Assembly (NCBI GenBank): GCA_045546535.1
Contig: JAZQDA010000173.1
Coordinates: forward strand, 20,116-44,115
Direction of reading: 5' to 3'
Length of the DNA stretch: 24,000 bases
Origin: Clostridia bacterium
GTDB taxonomy: Bacteria; Bacillota; Clostridia; UMGS1810
Below, piece after piece: positions 8,323 to 16,990 of the stretch (position 1 is its first letter; each line of letters opens with the position of its first letter). The notes under the pieces are model-generated. The model saw nothing but the letters and a program-made list of their open reading frames with translations, was not told the DNA's origin and did no database searches. Made by a program: the position numbers and the translations under genes.

Positions 8323-10287
8323 ATGGCAGATTATAAAGCAGGCAATTTGAATTTAACCATTCAAACAATATCGAATGATACTATCAAGTCGCTTGATGCC
8401 GTTATTGAACGCCTTTCTTTAATTGATAAGGGTTTGGGTGGAATTAAGGGTAGTTCTTATATCCGAAAATCCGCTAAAACCCCTAAATCCAACGGAGGTG
8501 CATTTGGATTTGCCAAACTTGGCGTAAACCTTTATATGATGCGCCGTATGGGTCGCTTTATGGCTAACTTGGTGCAAGCAGGGTCGGACTACAACGAAAC
8601 CCTTAACTTGTGGCAAGTCGCTATGAGAATCAACCTTGATGTTGCCTACCAATTCGTGAACAAGATGCAAAAGGCGTATGGTATCAGCACGAAAACGCTG
8701 ATGAACGCCCAAGCGATTTTCAAGAATATGGTTGGAAACTTGGGTAATGTTTCCGATGCAACGGCGTATGCACTTTCCGAGGCATTAGTCCAAATGTCCG
8801 TGGACTTTTCTTCGCTTTACAATGTTAAACTGAACGAAGCGTTTAACAAAATGCAAGCAATGCTTGCCCGTCAGGTTCGCCCGATACGCAGCGTGAGCGG
8901 TTATGACATCACCGAAAACACGATTTATGAGTTGTACCAAGCACTCGGCGGCACAAAGACTATGCGCCAACTGAACAACACCGAAAAACAACTTTTGTCT
9001 ATTTATGCGGTGTTCAAGCAAATGGGCGCAAGTGGTGCGTTGGGCGATATGAGCAAAACGCTCAACCAATTCGCAAACCAAAGCCGTATGATGACCGAGT
9101 ATTGGGCTGAACTCAAAACTTGGTCGGGCTTGTTGCTCAAAGACTTGATAGACCAAAGCGGTGCGCTTATTTATATTAACGCTCTGCTTATCACGACTAC
9201 CGAGATTGTAAAGGCAATCGCAAAGGCAAGAGGAGTCGGTGACGAGAACTACCTCACGGGCTTGTTTGAAACTACCGAAGCCACGAATGATGCCGTTGAC
9301 GAGTTGCAGGGCAAACTCCTTGACTTTGACAAGTTCCGTTCCCTTGAAGGTGCAACTGCTTCTCCCCTCGCCATTGACGAAAAACTCTTGCAAGCGATTT
9401 CGGGCTATTCAAGCAATATAGACCAAGCGGAGAACGAAGCGCAGAAACTTGCGGAAACTTGGCTAACCAATCTTGGATATGTTTATGACGCAGAAAGTGG
9501 CACTTGGAAATTAGGGGAAAATATAAGCGAAATACTAAAACTTGTAATAGAAATTGGTAAATTCTTATCACCAATTTTTGATACAGTATGGGAAATAGTT
9601 GGTTTAGTTTTACCTTTAATAACTCATATTATTGAAAAATTAAACCCCATAATGCTTCCAATATCTAAAATATTAAAGAATGTTTTTGCAATAGTAGAAG
9701 CAATAGTAAGGTTTTTAACTCCTATACTTGATGCCGTCATAGATTTGTTAATGATTTTAACTCCTATTTTGGAAGTGGCAAATGGAATTGTTTGGTTGGT
9801 ATCTGTTGTTTTAATAGGTGCGATAGAAACAATAAATTGGCTTTTAGTTCCTGTCCTCGCAACTTTTGAAGCAATTTCAAAAGTTGTACAAACAATAGCG
9901 GAATTAGTAAGAGCGTTGTTCCAATGGGATTGGGGTTCTCTTGGGAAAAATCTTTCTAATATTTGGGGTAATTGGCGAACAAGCGACTTTGCAAGCACAA
10001 AATACGAAATGCCAAGTTTTGCGGTTGGCGCAAGCGACATTGATAGCGGCACAGTATTCCGCGCAGGAGAGTTCGAAAAGACCGAGGCGGTTTACACGGG
10101 TATCAACGGAAAGACGAATGTTGCGAATGTGCGCCAAATGGAGCAAGCGTTCTACAATGCGCTTTCTCGCCACTCGCGCGAGGGCAACGGCACGATTGTG
10201 GTGCAGACATACCTTGACGGCGAAAAGGTCTATGAGAATACCACCGCAAAGGCGAAGTCGCGCGGTAATGTTTGGGCGAAAGTGTGA
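8323..10287 (+). CDS. Tail tape measure protein
   Basis: 654 aa and helical. The central hydrophobic region has repeated LSPIFDTV / LTPILDAV / LTPILEVA motifs. It follows the G/GT pair. Confidence 0.85.
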   Translation: MADYKAGNLNLTIQTISNDTIKSLDAVIERLSLIDKGLGGIKGSSYIRKSAKTPKSNGGAFGFAKLGVNLYMMRRMGRFMANLVQAGSDYNETLNLWQVAMRINLDVAYQFVNKMQKAYGISTKTLMNAQAIFKNMVGNLGNVSDATAYALSEALVQMSVDFSSLYNVKLNEAFNKMQAMLARQVRPIRSVSGYDITENTIYELYQALGGTKTMRQLNNTEKQLLSIYAVFKQMGASGALGDMSKTLNQFANQSRMMTEYWAELKTWSGLLLKDLIDQSGALIYINALLITTTEIVKAIAKARGVGDENYLTGLFETTEATNDAVDELQGKLLDFDKFRSLEGATASPLAIDEKLLQAISGYSSNIDQAENEAQKLAETWLTNLGYVYDAESGTWKLGENISEILKLVIEIGKFLSPIFDTVWEIVGLVLPLITHIIEKLNPIMLPISKILKNVFAIVEAIVRFLTPILDAVIDLLMILTPILEVANGIVWLVSVVLIGAIETINWLLVPVLATFEAISKVVQTIAELVRALFQWDWGSLGKNLSNIWGNWRTSDFASTKYEMPSFAVGASDIDSGTVFRAGEFEKTEAVYTGINGKTNVANVRQMEQAFYNALSRHSREGNGTIVVQTYLDGEKVYENTTAKAKSRGNVWAKV

Positions 10288-10295
10288 GGTAAATA

Positions 10296-11660
10296 ATGGC
10301 AACAGTAAACTCATACAAAGATAAATACATCGGAGTTGACCGACCTTCCGTATATGACATTTTGCAGAAGGTCGGCACTACGGAATACCGAGAGGGTGCG
10401 ATTAAGGAATACAAAGCCGTTGATATTGCAGAGGTAAAGATTGACGGCAATCGTTTCCGCAACTATGGCGTGTATAGTTTCATTTTGGAAAAGACCTTTG
10501 TGAAGCAACCCAAAAGAAGCGCAGATGGTAGTCTTGGAAACCTTAACGCCTACGCGACTTTCCTCACTCCGCACTTGATTATGGACTTTTCGGTGATGTC
10601 TATTGACGACTACCGCAAAATTATGCTTTTGCACTACGGCGCAAATGAGTTCACGGTTGAGTGCTATGACCCGATTTACAACCGCAAAATCAAAGTCAAA
10701 ATGTACTTTGCCACCGAGGAAATGGCGAAGCTATACACCATCGCCCAAAACCGCCTTTTGCCCGACGGGCAATGGGAAGAATGGGTTGACCTTGTTGGCG
10801 TGACCGAGTACAAGGTTGAACTTATCGGCACGAACAACGACCTTGACCTTGTAAGTGTGCGATATGTATATTCTGCAAATGATGAAAATGGAAATCCGAT
10901 ATTTAACGCCCCCAACGGCTCTCCTATGCCCGACCAATACGAAGAAGATATTTACTTAGGCGAGGAAATTGTTGTTGGTTCTAATTCGACTTTCCAAAAT
11001 ACTCCCCCAAATGCCGCTTATCAATTCTCCCATTGGACTATGCTTTCGCAGAACGAAAACGGAGAATATGAAGAACTGGGCAAAAGAACAAATGGTCTTG
11101 TAATAACTATAAATGCGCCAACAATTTTCCGCGCAGAATGGGAGCCAACAGGGACTCACAATCTTTCGTTCAACTATGGGATTTCCGATGTTGACTATAC
11201 TGTGGATAGCGCAACGGGCATAAGGACGGACATCCTAAGCAGGGAAGTTCAAGAAGGTCAAAGTATTGGCATTTTGCCGAAATTGACCGCAGAGCCGTTT
11301 GTAACAGGCGCAGATAATAAAAAATACTACCCTTACACAAATGGCGGTTGGTACAAGCACCCTGTTAAACAAGCGGATATGCAAGTTTTCAGCAACGAGT
11401 TGTATTGGATGGATAGAGATACCATTATCTACGCGCTTTACGACAAGAAACCATTTTCGGTGACTTATGTGACAGACGCGCCGAACACCGATATCCCAAC
11501 TCAAACTCTTTATTACGGCGACCAAGTTTATCTTCCTACGCTTGCGCGTGACGGATATAGTTTTCAAGGTTGGTACATTGATGAAGATAAGAAAACGGCG
11601 TTTAGCGGAAATATGCCCCCCTATTCCATTACTCTTTACGCAAGGTGGGTTAAGTCGTGA
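10296..11660 (+). CDS. Distal tail protein (Dit)-position protein with three C-terminal Listeria-Bacteroides (Flg_new-type) repeats
   Basis: First gene after the tape measure. The C-terminal repeats end in the signatures YQFSHW...IFRAEW, GGWY...IIYALY and GYSFQGWY...ITLYARW. Confidence 0.6.
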   Translation: MATVNSYKDKYIGVDRPSVYDILQKVGTTEYREGAIKEYKAVDIAEVKIDGNRFRNYGVYSFILEKTFVKQPKRSADGSLGNLNAYATFLTPHLIMDFSVMSIDDYRKIMLLHYGANEFTVECYDPIYNRKIKVKMYFATEEMAKLYTIAQNRLLPDGQWEEWVDLVGVTEYKVELIGTNNDLDLVSVRYVYSANDENGNPIFNAPNGSPMPDQYEEDIYLGEEIVVGSNSTFQNTPPNAAYQFSHWTMLSQNENGEYEELGKRTNGLVITINAPTIFRAEWEPTGTHNLSFNYGISDVDYTVDSATGIRTDILSREVQEGQSIGILPKLTAEPFVTGADNKKYYPYTNGGWYKHPVKQADMQVFSNELYWMDRDTIIYALYDKKPFSVTYVTDAPNTDIPTQTLYYGDQVYLPTLARDGYSFQGWYIDEDKKTAFSGNMPPYSITLYARWVKS

Positions 11661-12346
11661 TTGAATTAAATGCTGAAATTCAAATCAAGAAAGAAAACAA
11701 ATACCCGTTTCGCATTGGGTTTAGCAAACTTGGAGAAGATTTATTCGGAAAAGATATTGATAGAACGGAAAAAATCAATAAAAGAAATATACTTTCTTTG
11801 GATAGCGAAATTAGGGATAGAGCAGAAAAAAACAAGCCAAATTTTGGTTTGATTTCAAGTGGTGGTGCTTTATCTTTCAAGGACAACAATAAGGTTTTCT
11901 TGAAATATGCAAACACAAAACTTTTAGACGGAAACGAAAAGGTGTTGGTGTTTTTGGAAAACAAACTCGCAAAAAACAGAGAAAAAGTTGGCGAATATTA
12001 CACCCAAAATTGGAAATATGACAACAATAATGGAGTCGTTTCCGTTTCTCTAATAGATGGTCTTGAAGATATGCAAAATAAAAATATTGGAGATATAAGT
12101 TTGCTGAACGAGCAAGAAGAAAAAACTCTTTACGATTTTTATTTGATGGTCAAGGCAAGTTTGGAAGAAAATGGATATAAATTGAAAGAAATCAGCGAAA
12201 ATCTCACCGAGTTTATGAAAAATGTTTCCGTTAAATATCCTTATTTTTCAAGAAATTCCGCTTGGAATTATTTGCTTAAAATATCTACCGCTTGTATGGC
12301 TAATTCCTATAAAGGTAAAGATGGTTTGATTTATACTATGGAGTAA
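11657..12346 (+). CDS. Hypothetical tail-tip/baseplate protein (Tal position, part 1), AT-rich
   Basis: 229 aa, with a GTGA overlap with the Dit-like gene. G+C drops abruptly. The call is positional only. Confidence 0.5.
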   Translation: MIELNAEIQIKKENKYPFRIGFSKLGEDLFGKDIDRTEKINKRNILSLDSEIRDRAEKNKPNFGLISSGGALSFKDNNKVFLKYANTKLLDGNEKVLVFLENKLAKNREKVGEYYTQNWKYDNNNGVVSVSLIDGLEDMQNKNIGDISLLNEQEEKTLYDFYLMVKASLEENGYKLKEISENLTEFMKNVSVKYPYFSRNSAWNYLLKISTACMANSYKGKDGLIYTME

Positions 12347-12350
12347 TATT

Positions 12351-13790
12351 ATGCCTATTATAATTAAAAGCAAAAATATTTTTTCTGTTGAAAATGAAAA
12401 GTTTACTAATGCAGTAAAAGATGCGCGGATAGAAGAAACAGCTTTTTCAACAAATCAAGCCCAACAAATTTTTAGCATAAACTTGGAATACAAAAGAACA
12501 GAAACGGGGTTAAGCGAATTTGGCAAATCCGAGGGGTATCAAAACATCTCTTTCTTTCAAGGGGACGGAGATTATAACCGATATGTTCAATTCAGTTTTG
12601 AAACAGAACTTAACGAAAAAATTTTCTTGTTAAGAAACGCCAAAGTAAAATTGTCTTTGACTGGAGAGGAATACAACCCAAACAACATAGACGATGATGA
12701 AAATGGCTCTGTTGACGATAATGAATATAACGACCAATATTCTTTTACAAATTCATACGATAGCCAAATTGGAAGCAATATATTTTTTTCTATTATCAAA
12801 AAAGAAGAAGATTTTAAGCCAATCGGGATTTATGCAACAGTAGGAATATATAGGTTATCAAGGAATAAAGCGAAAATCTTTGTTGTTTTGCCATATTACT
12901 ATGATAATTCATATTCGTATCTTACAAGGACATATAAGAGAGCCGAAATATACTTGTGCGCTGATGAACAGATTACTAATTCTGTTGGGGAAGATGGAAG
13001 TTTTCTTCAAATAAGTAACAACGAAATTATAAATGAAACAACAATCGTTTCGGAAACAACAAAAACGCCGAGCGAAACTCCAAGTTGGTTTTTGAAAATA
13101 AGACAATCTTCCGATTTTTATGGAAGTGGAAGTTATTACTACTTTGTTAATGATAAAGAAGAAAGTTCGTCTTTTATATCATCAAGTATTGGCACAAATG
13201 ATGTTAGATTTAGCATCTACAATTTTTATTCAAACACCAATCTTTCTTTCAGCGAAGAAACAATTTCAAAATTGAAAAATTGCAAGATAGAGTGCAACGG
13301 ATTTTTAATTTCTGCAAGCGTTTCCGAAACAACTCAAAATATGGGGGACGGAAACAAAATAACTGTAAATGTTCCAGACGAGGAATGGGAAAAAACTGGA
13401 AAAACTCTTTCGGAGTTTAGAGGAGCAGAAAAAACTTTTTATTTTGATTATTTTGTTGGAGGAGAAGAAACTACAACAACGGAAAAAATATCCGAATTTA
13501 TAAGAAGAAAAGTTGTTGGGGAGTGGCAAAGAGGAAAAGAAAGTTCCAAAATGCTTTGCTCAATTTCAGATTACTATAATGAAAATGGTGAAAAAATCAT
13601 TGATATAAAAAGCGAGAAGATGTCTTTTAATATCGGCGAAAATGTAATTCCTATGGTTTTTGGAGAAAACAGAATTGACCGCCCTATGTCAAAAAACGCA
13701 GACGGAAGCGCAAAGGTTTTCCGCGTTTGTGGTATAAAGTTCATTTATGACGGCGCGGTTTGGCAAGAATTAACTTTACAAGAGGTTTGA
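12351..13790 (+). CDS. Hypothetical tail-tip/baseplate protein (Tal position, part 2), AT-rich
   Basis: 479 aa, rich in N/S/E/K/Y. Sampled 60-nt lines have about 20-30 percent G+C. The call is positional only. Confidence 0.5.
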   Translation: MPIIIKSKNIFSVENEKFTNAVKDARIEETAFSTNQAQQIFSINLEYKRTETGLSEFGKSEGYQNISFFQGDGDYNRYVQFSFETELNEKIFLLRNAKVKLSLTGEEYNPNNIDDDENGSVDDNEYNDQYSFTNSYDSQIGSNIFFSIIKKEEDFKPIGIYATVGIYRLSRNKAKIFVVLPYYYDNSYSYLTRTYKRAEIYLCADEQITNSVGEDGSFLQISNNEIINETTIVSETTKTPSETPSWFLKIRQSSDFYGSGSYYYFVNDKEESSSFISSSIGTNDVRFSIYNFYSNTNLSFSEETISKLKNCKIECNGFLISASVSETTQNMGDGNKITVNVPDEEWEKTGKTLSEFRGAEKTFYFDYFVGGEETTTTEKISEFIRRKVVGEWQRGKESSKMLCSISDYYNENGEKIIDIKSEKMSFNIGENVIPMVFGENRIDRPMSKNADGSAKVFRVCGIKFIYDGAVWQELTLQEV

Positions 13791-13791
13791 A

Positions 13792-14355
13792 ATGGCTAAT
13801 TTTGAATTAAAACCAATTTCATTTGATAATATCAACAAAGGTGTTAGATACGAGAACGGGGATATTGTTGAAGCGGAAACGATAAACGCCCCCATTGAAG
13901 CCAGTGCATACGCGCAAGAGTTGGCGCGGCAGGCGTTGGAAGTTGCACAAAGCGGAGAAAGCGGTCAAGTTACCCTTGCGGCTTACCCAATCGGCGCGGT
14001 TTATATTTCCTCTGACATTATTAGCCCTGCCGAACTTTTTGGTGGAGATTGGATTGAAATCCACGATACTTTTTTGGTTGCAAACGGTGATAATTTTATT
14101 GCTGGCGATAATGGTGGAGCACTTTCTCACTATCACGACAAAGGAACTTTGCAAACCGAACTTGCAATTATAAGCGGTAAAATTAGATTAAATACCGTTG
14201 GAAAGTCTTGGGAAAGTTCTTGGTCGCACACGGCATCAACTGGCGTAAGTGAAACATTAACAAATGCCGAAACTGTAAAAATGAGTGGTGTAACAGCCGA
14301 GGCAGAGCATTTGCCACCTTGGAAAGCCTTTTATATGTGGGAAAGAGTGGGTTAA
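13792..14355 (+). CDS. Tail fibre / baseplate protein with phage tail-collar-like domain
   Basis: AYPIGAVYISS...PAELFGGDWIEI...FLVA, then GGALSHYH, and the end motif HLPPWKAFYMWERV. These match the remembered collar-domain fibre pattern. Confidence 0.6.
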   Translation: MANFELKPISFDNINKGVRYENGDIVEAETINAPIEASAYAQELARQALEVAQSGESGQVTLAAYPIGAVYISSDIISPAELFGGDWIEIHDTFLVANGDNFIAGDNGGALSHYHDKGTLQTELAIISGKIRLNTVGKSWESSWSHTASTGVSETLTNAETVKMSGVTAEAEHLPPWKAFYMWERVG

Positions 14356-14358
14356 TTT

Positions 14359-14799
14359 ATGAGAGTTTTTGATGAAAACAAAATTCAAGAATTGTTTTAC
14401 TATGACCTTGAAAAAGGATATTTGTGCGAGGAAAAACTTTTTGTAAAACATCACGAAGCCAAACAAGGCGTTGATGCGATTTGGCACTACGAAACGCAGA
14501 AAGAATACCCCAATGGCGGAAGATTGGTAAAAAAAGTAATTGATGTTCCTGCAATTCCATACGAGCCGAGTTGGGACGAGTATGAGGACATTATGGTTTA
14601 TGTTCCATACAATGCCGAGGAGTTGAAAGAACGCAGAATTTCACAAATTAAAAATCGCCTTTCCCAGTTGAGCGAGGATTTTATTCAATCTTTTGCAGGT
14701 GCGGTAATTTCCGATATTGATGTTCGCAAGGCAGAGTTCGCAAAACTCCATAACGAATTGAGAACGCTTTTGGGTAAAGAACAACGAACTTACTATTGA
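14359..14799 (+). CDS. Hypothetical protein (possible fibre assembly/accessory)
   Basis: 146 aa, tightly packed after the fibre gene, with a coiled C-terminal half. No motif recognised. Confidence 0.55.
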   Translation: MRVFDENKIQELFYYDLEKGYLCEEKLFVKHHEAKQGVDAIWHYETQKEYPNGGRLVKKVIDVPAIPYEPSWDEYEDIMVYVPYNAEELKERRISQIKNRLSQLSEDFIQSFAGAVISDIDVRKAEFAKLHNELRTLLGKEQRTYY

Positions 14800-14815
14800 T
14801 AAATAGGAGATAAAA

Positions 14816-15127
14816 ATGTCAAATGTAATTCAGCAGGGCGCAACACCGACACATAAATTTCATACTCCTTATCCAAAGGATTTTGTGGAAAGTGCAATCA
14901 TCACCTATGAGCAAAACGACAAGATTGTTTTGGAGAAAACAGGCGATGAATTGATTGTTGAGGATAATTCAATTTCTGCGGAACTCACGCAAGAGGAAAC
15001 TCTTTCTTTTGACGATGATTGCGATGTAAAAATCCAGTTAAAAGTGAAATCCCAAAACGGCAGTGTTATTCCCTCAAAAATCATTTATGCCACCGTGGAC
15101 GAAGTTCTTAACAAAGAGGTAATGTGA
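14816..15127 (+). CDS. Hypothetical small beta-rich protein in fibre cluster
   Basis: 103 aa with SD AGGAGA. Its stop overlaps the next start (TGATG). Confidence 0.55.
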   Translation: MSNVIQQGATPTHKFHTPYPKDFVESAIITYEQNDKIVLEKTGDELIVEDNSISAELTQEETLSFDDDCDVKIQLKVKSQNGSVIPSKIIYATVDEVLNKEVM

Positions 15128-15927
15128 TGGCACAATTTGTGGCGGTGTTTGAGCCTATAAACAACACCTTTGAAACCGAGTTTGAGGGCTTCACGCCCGT
15201 TTCGGAAGGCGGCTACGATAAAGGATATGCCAATGGATTTTCCGAGGGCGAGAAAGAAGGGTTTGACAAGGGAAAATCCGAGGGTTTAGAGCAGGGCAAA
15301 AAATTAGAATATGATGTTTTTTGGGATAACGCGCAAAATTATGGAAATAGAGAAAGCCATTCTTATGCTTTCGCTGGCGCAGGGTGGAATGACAATAACT
15401 TTAAGCCAAAATACAATATGCGTGTAACAAATGCTCAATATATGTTCCGTTATACCGCGATTGAGCATTTGGCAGAAATCCTTGCAAGTCAAAAAGTTAT
15501 CATTGATTTTTCTGCGATAACCAACACGGACAGAATGTTTGCGGACGGTGCGCTCGTTCACATTGGCGAGTGTGATTTCACAAACACAAAAAATGTTGCC
15601 AGTACATTTGCAAACGCAAGGTCTTTACAAACTATTGATAAAATAATCGTGAACGAAAGCAATGTTTTTGACACTACTTTTACAAACTGTGCCGCTTTAG
15701 ATAAGGTTGCATTTGATGGTGTTATTGGCAAATCAATAAATTTTCAATGGTCGCCGTTGTCAAAGAAAAGTTTTGAAAATATTATTCCACATTTGTCCGA
15801 AAATGTCACGGGGCAAACCGCTACTTTCAAAAAATCTGCTGTTATAGCGGCATTTGGAAGCACAACATCTGCGGAATGGTTGGCATTGGTTGGTAGCAAA
15901 TCAAACTGGACTATATCGCTTGTATAA
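15127..15927 (+). CDS. Receptor-binding protein candidate with degenerate BspA-type leucine-rich-repeat-like units
   Basis: The N-terminus has the repeat GYDKGYANGFSEGEKEGFDKGKSEGLEQG, common in fibre shafts. Units then recur: MFRYTAIEHL, MFADGALVHI, TFANARSLQTI, TFTNCAALDKV. The start could be GTG at 15124 or ATG at 15127. Confidence 0.5.
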   Translation: MAQFVAVFEPINNTFETEFEGFTPVSEGGYDKGYANGFSEGEKEGFDKGKSEGLEQGKKLEYDVFWDNAQNYGNRESHSYAFAGAGWNDNNFKPKYNMRVTNAQYMFRYTAIEHLAEILASQKVIIDFSAITNTDRMFADGALVHIGECDFTNTKNVASTFANARSLQTIDKIIVNESNVFDTTFTNCAALDKVAFDGVIGKSINFQWSPLSKKSFENIIPHLSENVTGQTATFKKSAVIAAFGSTTSAEWLALVGSKSNWTISLV

Positions 15928-15937
15928 GGAGGAAAAA

Positions 15938-16111
15938 ATGAAATCAAGAACAGTAATATATGCTGACGAGGGAAAAGTCCTCACAAACGGCGAAATTTAC
16001 GGCAAGGAGATATTTCTTGCAGACGGAATGAGCGAATACCAATTCCACGAAATAACAGACAAGGAGTATGAAGAAATCCTTGCGGCGCAGAGCGCAGAAA
16101 GTGAATCATAA
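15938..16111 (+). CDS. Small hypothetical protein (57 aa)
   Basis: ATG at 15938 is preceded by AAGGAGG. The longer table ORF from 15854 overlaps the previous gene and has no SD. Confidence 0.55.
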   Translation: MKSRTVIYADEGKVLTNGEIYGKEIFLADGMSEYQFHEITDKEYEEILAAQSAESES

Positions 16112-16731
16112 TGCCTACTACGGAAGAAATCATTAACGAAAAAGCGAAAAAAATCGTTGAGGGCGAAATTGAGCCGATTGAAGGCGAAGTTTCAAAAAAG
16201 GAAACGCAATCGCAAGTACCAACGCTCCAAATCAATGGGGAAAAAACTCTTGAAGAACAGGCAAAGGATTTAGTTGGAGTTAAGGCAACAGAAAGAGCAA
16301 TCAATGACGAAATCTTAACGGACGGAGTTACCAACCGAAAGAAAGCCGAACTTTTGAGCCACGCCGAGGCTCACTTGAAAAAAGAACAAGCGGAAAACAA
16401 GAAAGCTGACATTCTTTTACAAGAAGCCAATCACGGCGTTTACGATGGAGTTGCCACATACGCAGGCATAAAAAAGGCTTTGCCGCAGAAAATGCAGAGC
16501 GTTCTTTTCCCAATTTTATCCGCAGTGCAAATCATTGTTCTTATTTTAATCGGCGTTCCGATAAGCATTGTGAACATTGTTTTGGATAGCGTTGACAGCG
16601 TTGTGCAAAAAATGCAGAATGTTACTCGGTCTGCTCGGTGGATTGTGCTTGGATTGATTATTTTTGGGATTTTTTGGGTCGCATTTTTGATTATAAAACA
16701 AATTCTATTACAACGAGGTATTTTTTTGTAA
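16111..16731 (+). CDS. Membrane protein, charged N-terminal half plus 2-3 C-terminal TM helices
   Basis: 206 aa. Hydrophobic stretches are VLFPILSAVQIIVLILIGVPISIVNIVL and WIVLGLIIFGIFWVAFLII. TAATG coupling to the previous gene. Confidence 0.6.
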   Translation: MPTTEEIINEKAKKIVEGEIEPIEGEVSKKETQSQVPTLQINGEKTLEEQAKDLVGVKATERAINDEILTDGVTNRKKAELLSHAEAHLKKEQAENKKADILLQEANHGVYDGVATYAGIKKALPQKMQSVLFPILSAVQIIVLILIGVPISIVNIVLDSVDSVVQKMQNVTRSARWIVLGLIIFGIFWVAFLIIKQILLQRGIFL

Positions 16732-16737
16732 AACTCA

Positions 16738-16766
16738 TTGACAAAGCCAAAATTCGGTGCTATAAT
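16738..16766 (+). promoter_or_regulatory. Perfect consensus sigmaA/sigma70 promoter with extended -10
   Basis: TTGACA at 16738-16743, an exact 17-nt spacer, TG at 16758-16759 and TATAAT at 16761-16766. It is intergenic, 29 nt upstream of the ATG at 16795. Confidence 0.7.
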
Positions 16767-16794
16767 TAAAATAAGAAAATATAAGGAGAGAAAA

Positions 16795-16980
16795 ATGCTT
16801 AAAGAGTTGTACGAATACAGAAAGGTTTTTGAAGCAGAACTTGTTAAGGCGCAAGCCCAAGTCGCGGTTGTCGATTTTATGATTGAAGCCGAGGAAAAGA
16901 AACTCGCGCAGAAAGCCGACACGGAGATTGTCGAGATTGAAAATGAGGTAGCGGAGCAACCCACGGACGAAAGTTATTAA
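16795..16980 (+). CDS. Small acidic coiled-coil protein (61 aa)
   Basis: ATG with SD AAGGAGAG. The table start at 16738 is the TTG of the -35 box and was rejected. Confidence 0.6.
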   Translation: MLKELYEYRKVFEAELVKAQAQVAVVDFMIEAEEKKLAQKADTEIVEIENEVAEQPTDESY

Positions 16981-16990
16981 GGGGGGATAA

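Noticed and set aside
12783-12789. T7 homopolymer in the 12351 gene (also the A7 run at 11826-11832 in the 11657 gene) as phase-variation slippage tracts
   Set aside because: Runs of this length are expected by chance in DNA of 20-30 percent G+C, and there is no alternative-frame continuation suggesting switching.
13792-15927. Diversity-generating retroelement targeting the fibre/RBP genes
   Set aside because: No reverse transcriptase ORF and no template/variable repeat pair could be found by eye in or near the fibre genes.
15854-15937. Long N-terminal extension of the 85-aa ORF (also the 19777 start for the 93-aa ORF)
   Set aside because: The extensions overlap the preceding genes and lack SDs. 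The internal ATGs at 15938 and 19816 have an SD or translational coupling.
16738-16794. Table start (TTG at 16738) for the 80-aa ORF
   Set aside because: That TTG is the first base triplet of the -35 hexamer. The ATG at 16795 has a proper AAGGAGAG SD.
16440-16964. 174-aa minus-strand ORF spanning the 16738 promoter region
   Set aside because: It crosses an intergenic consensus promoter and two + strand genes, and has no SD.
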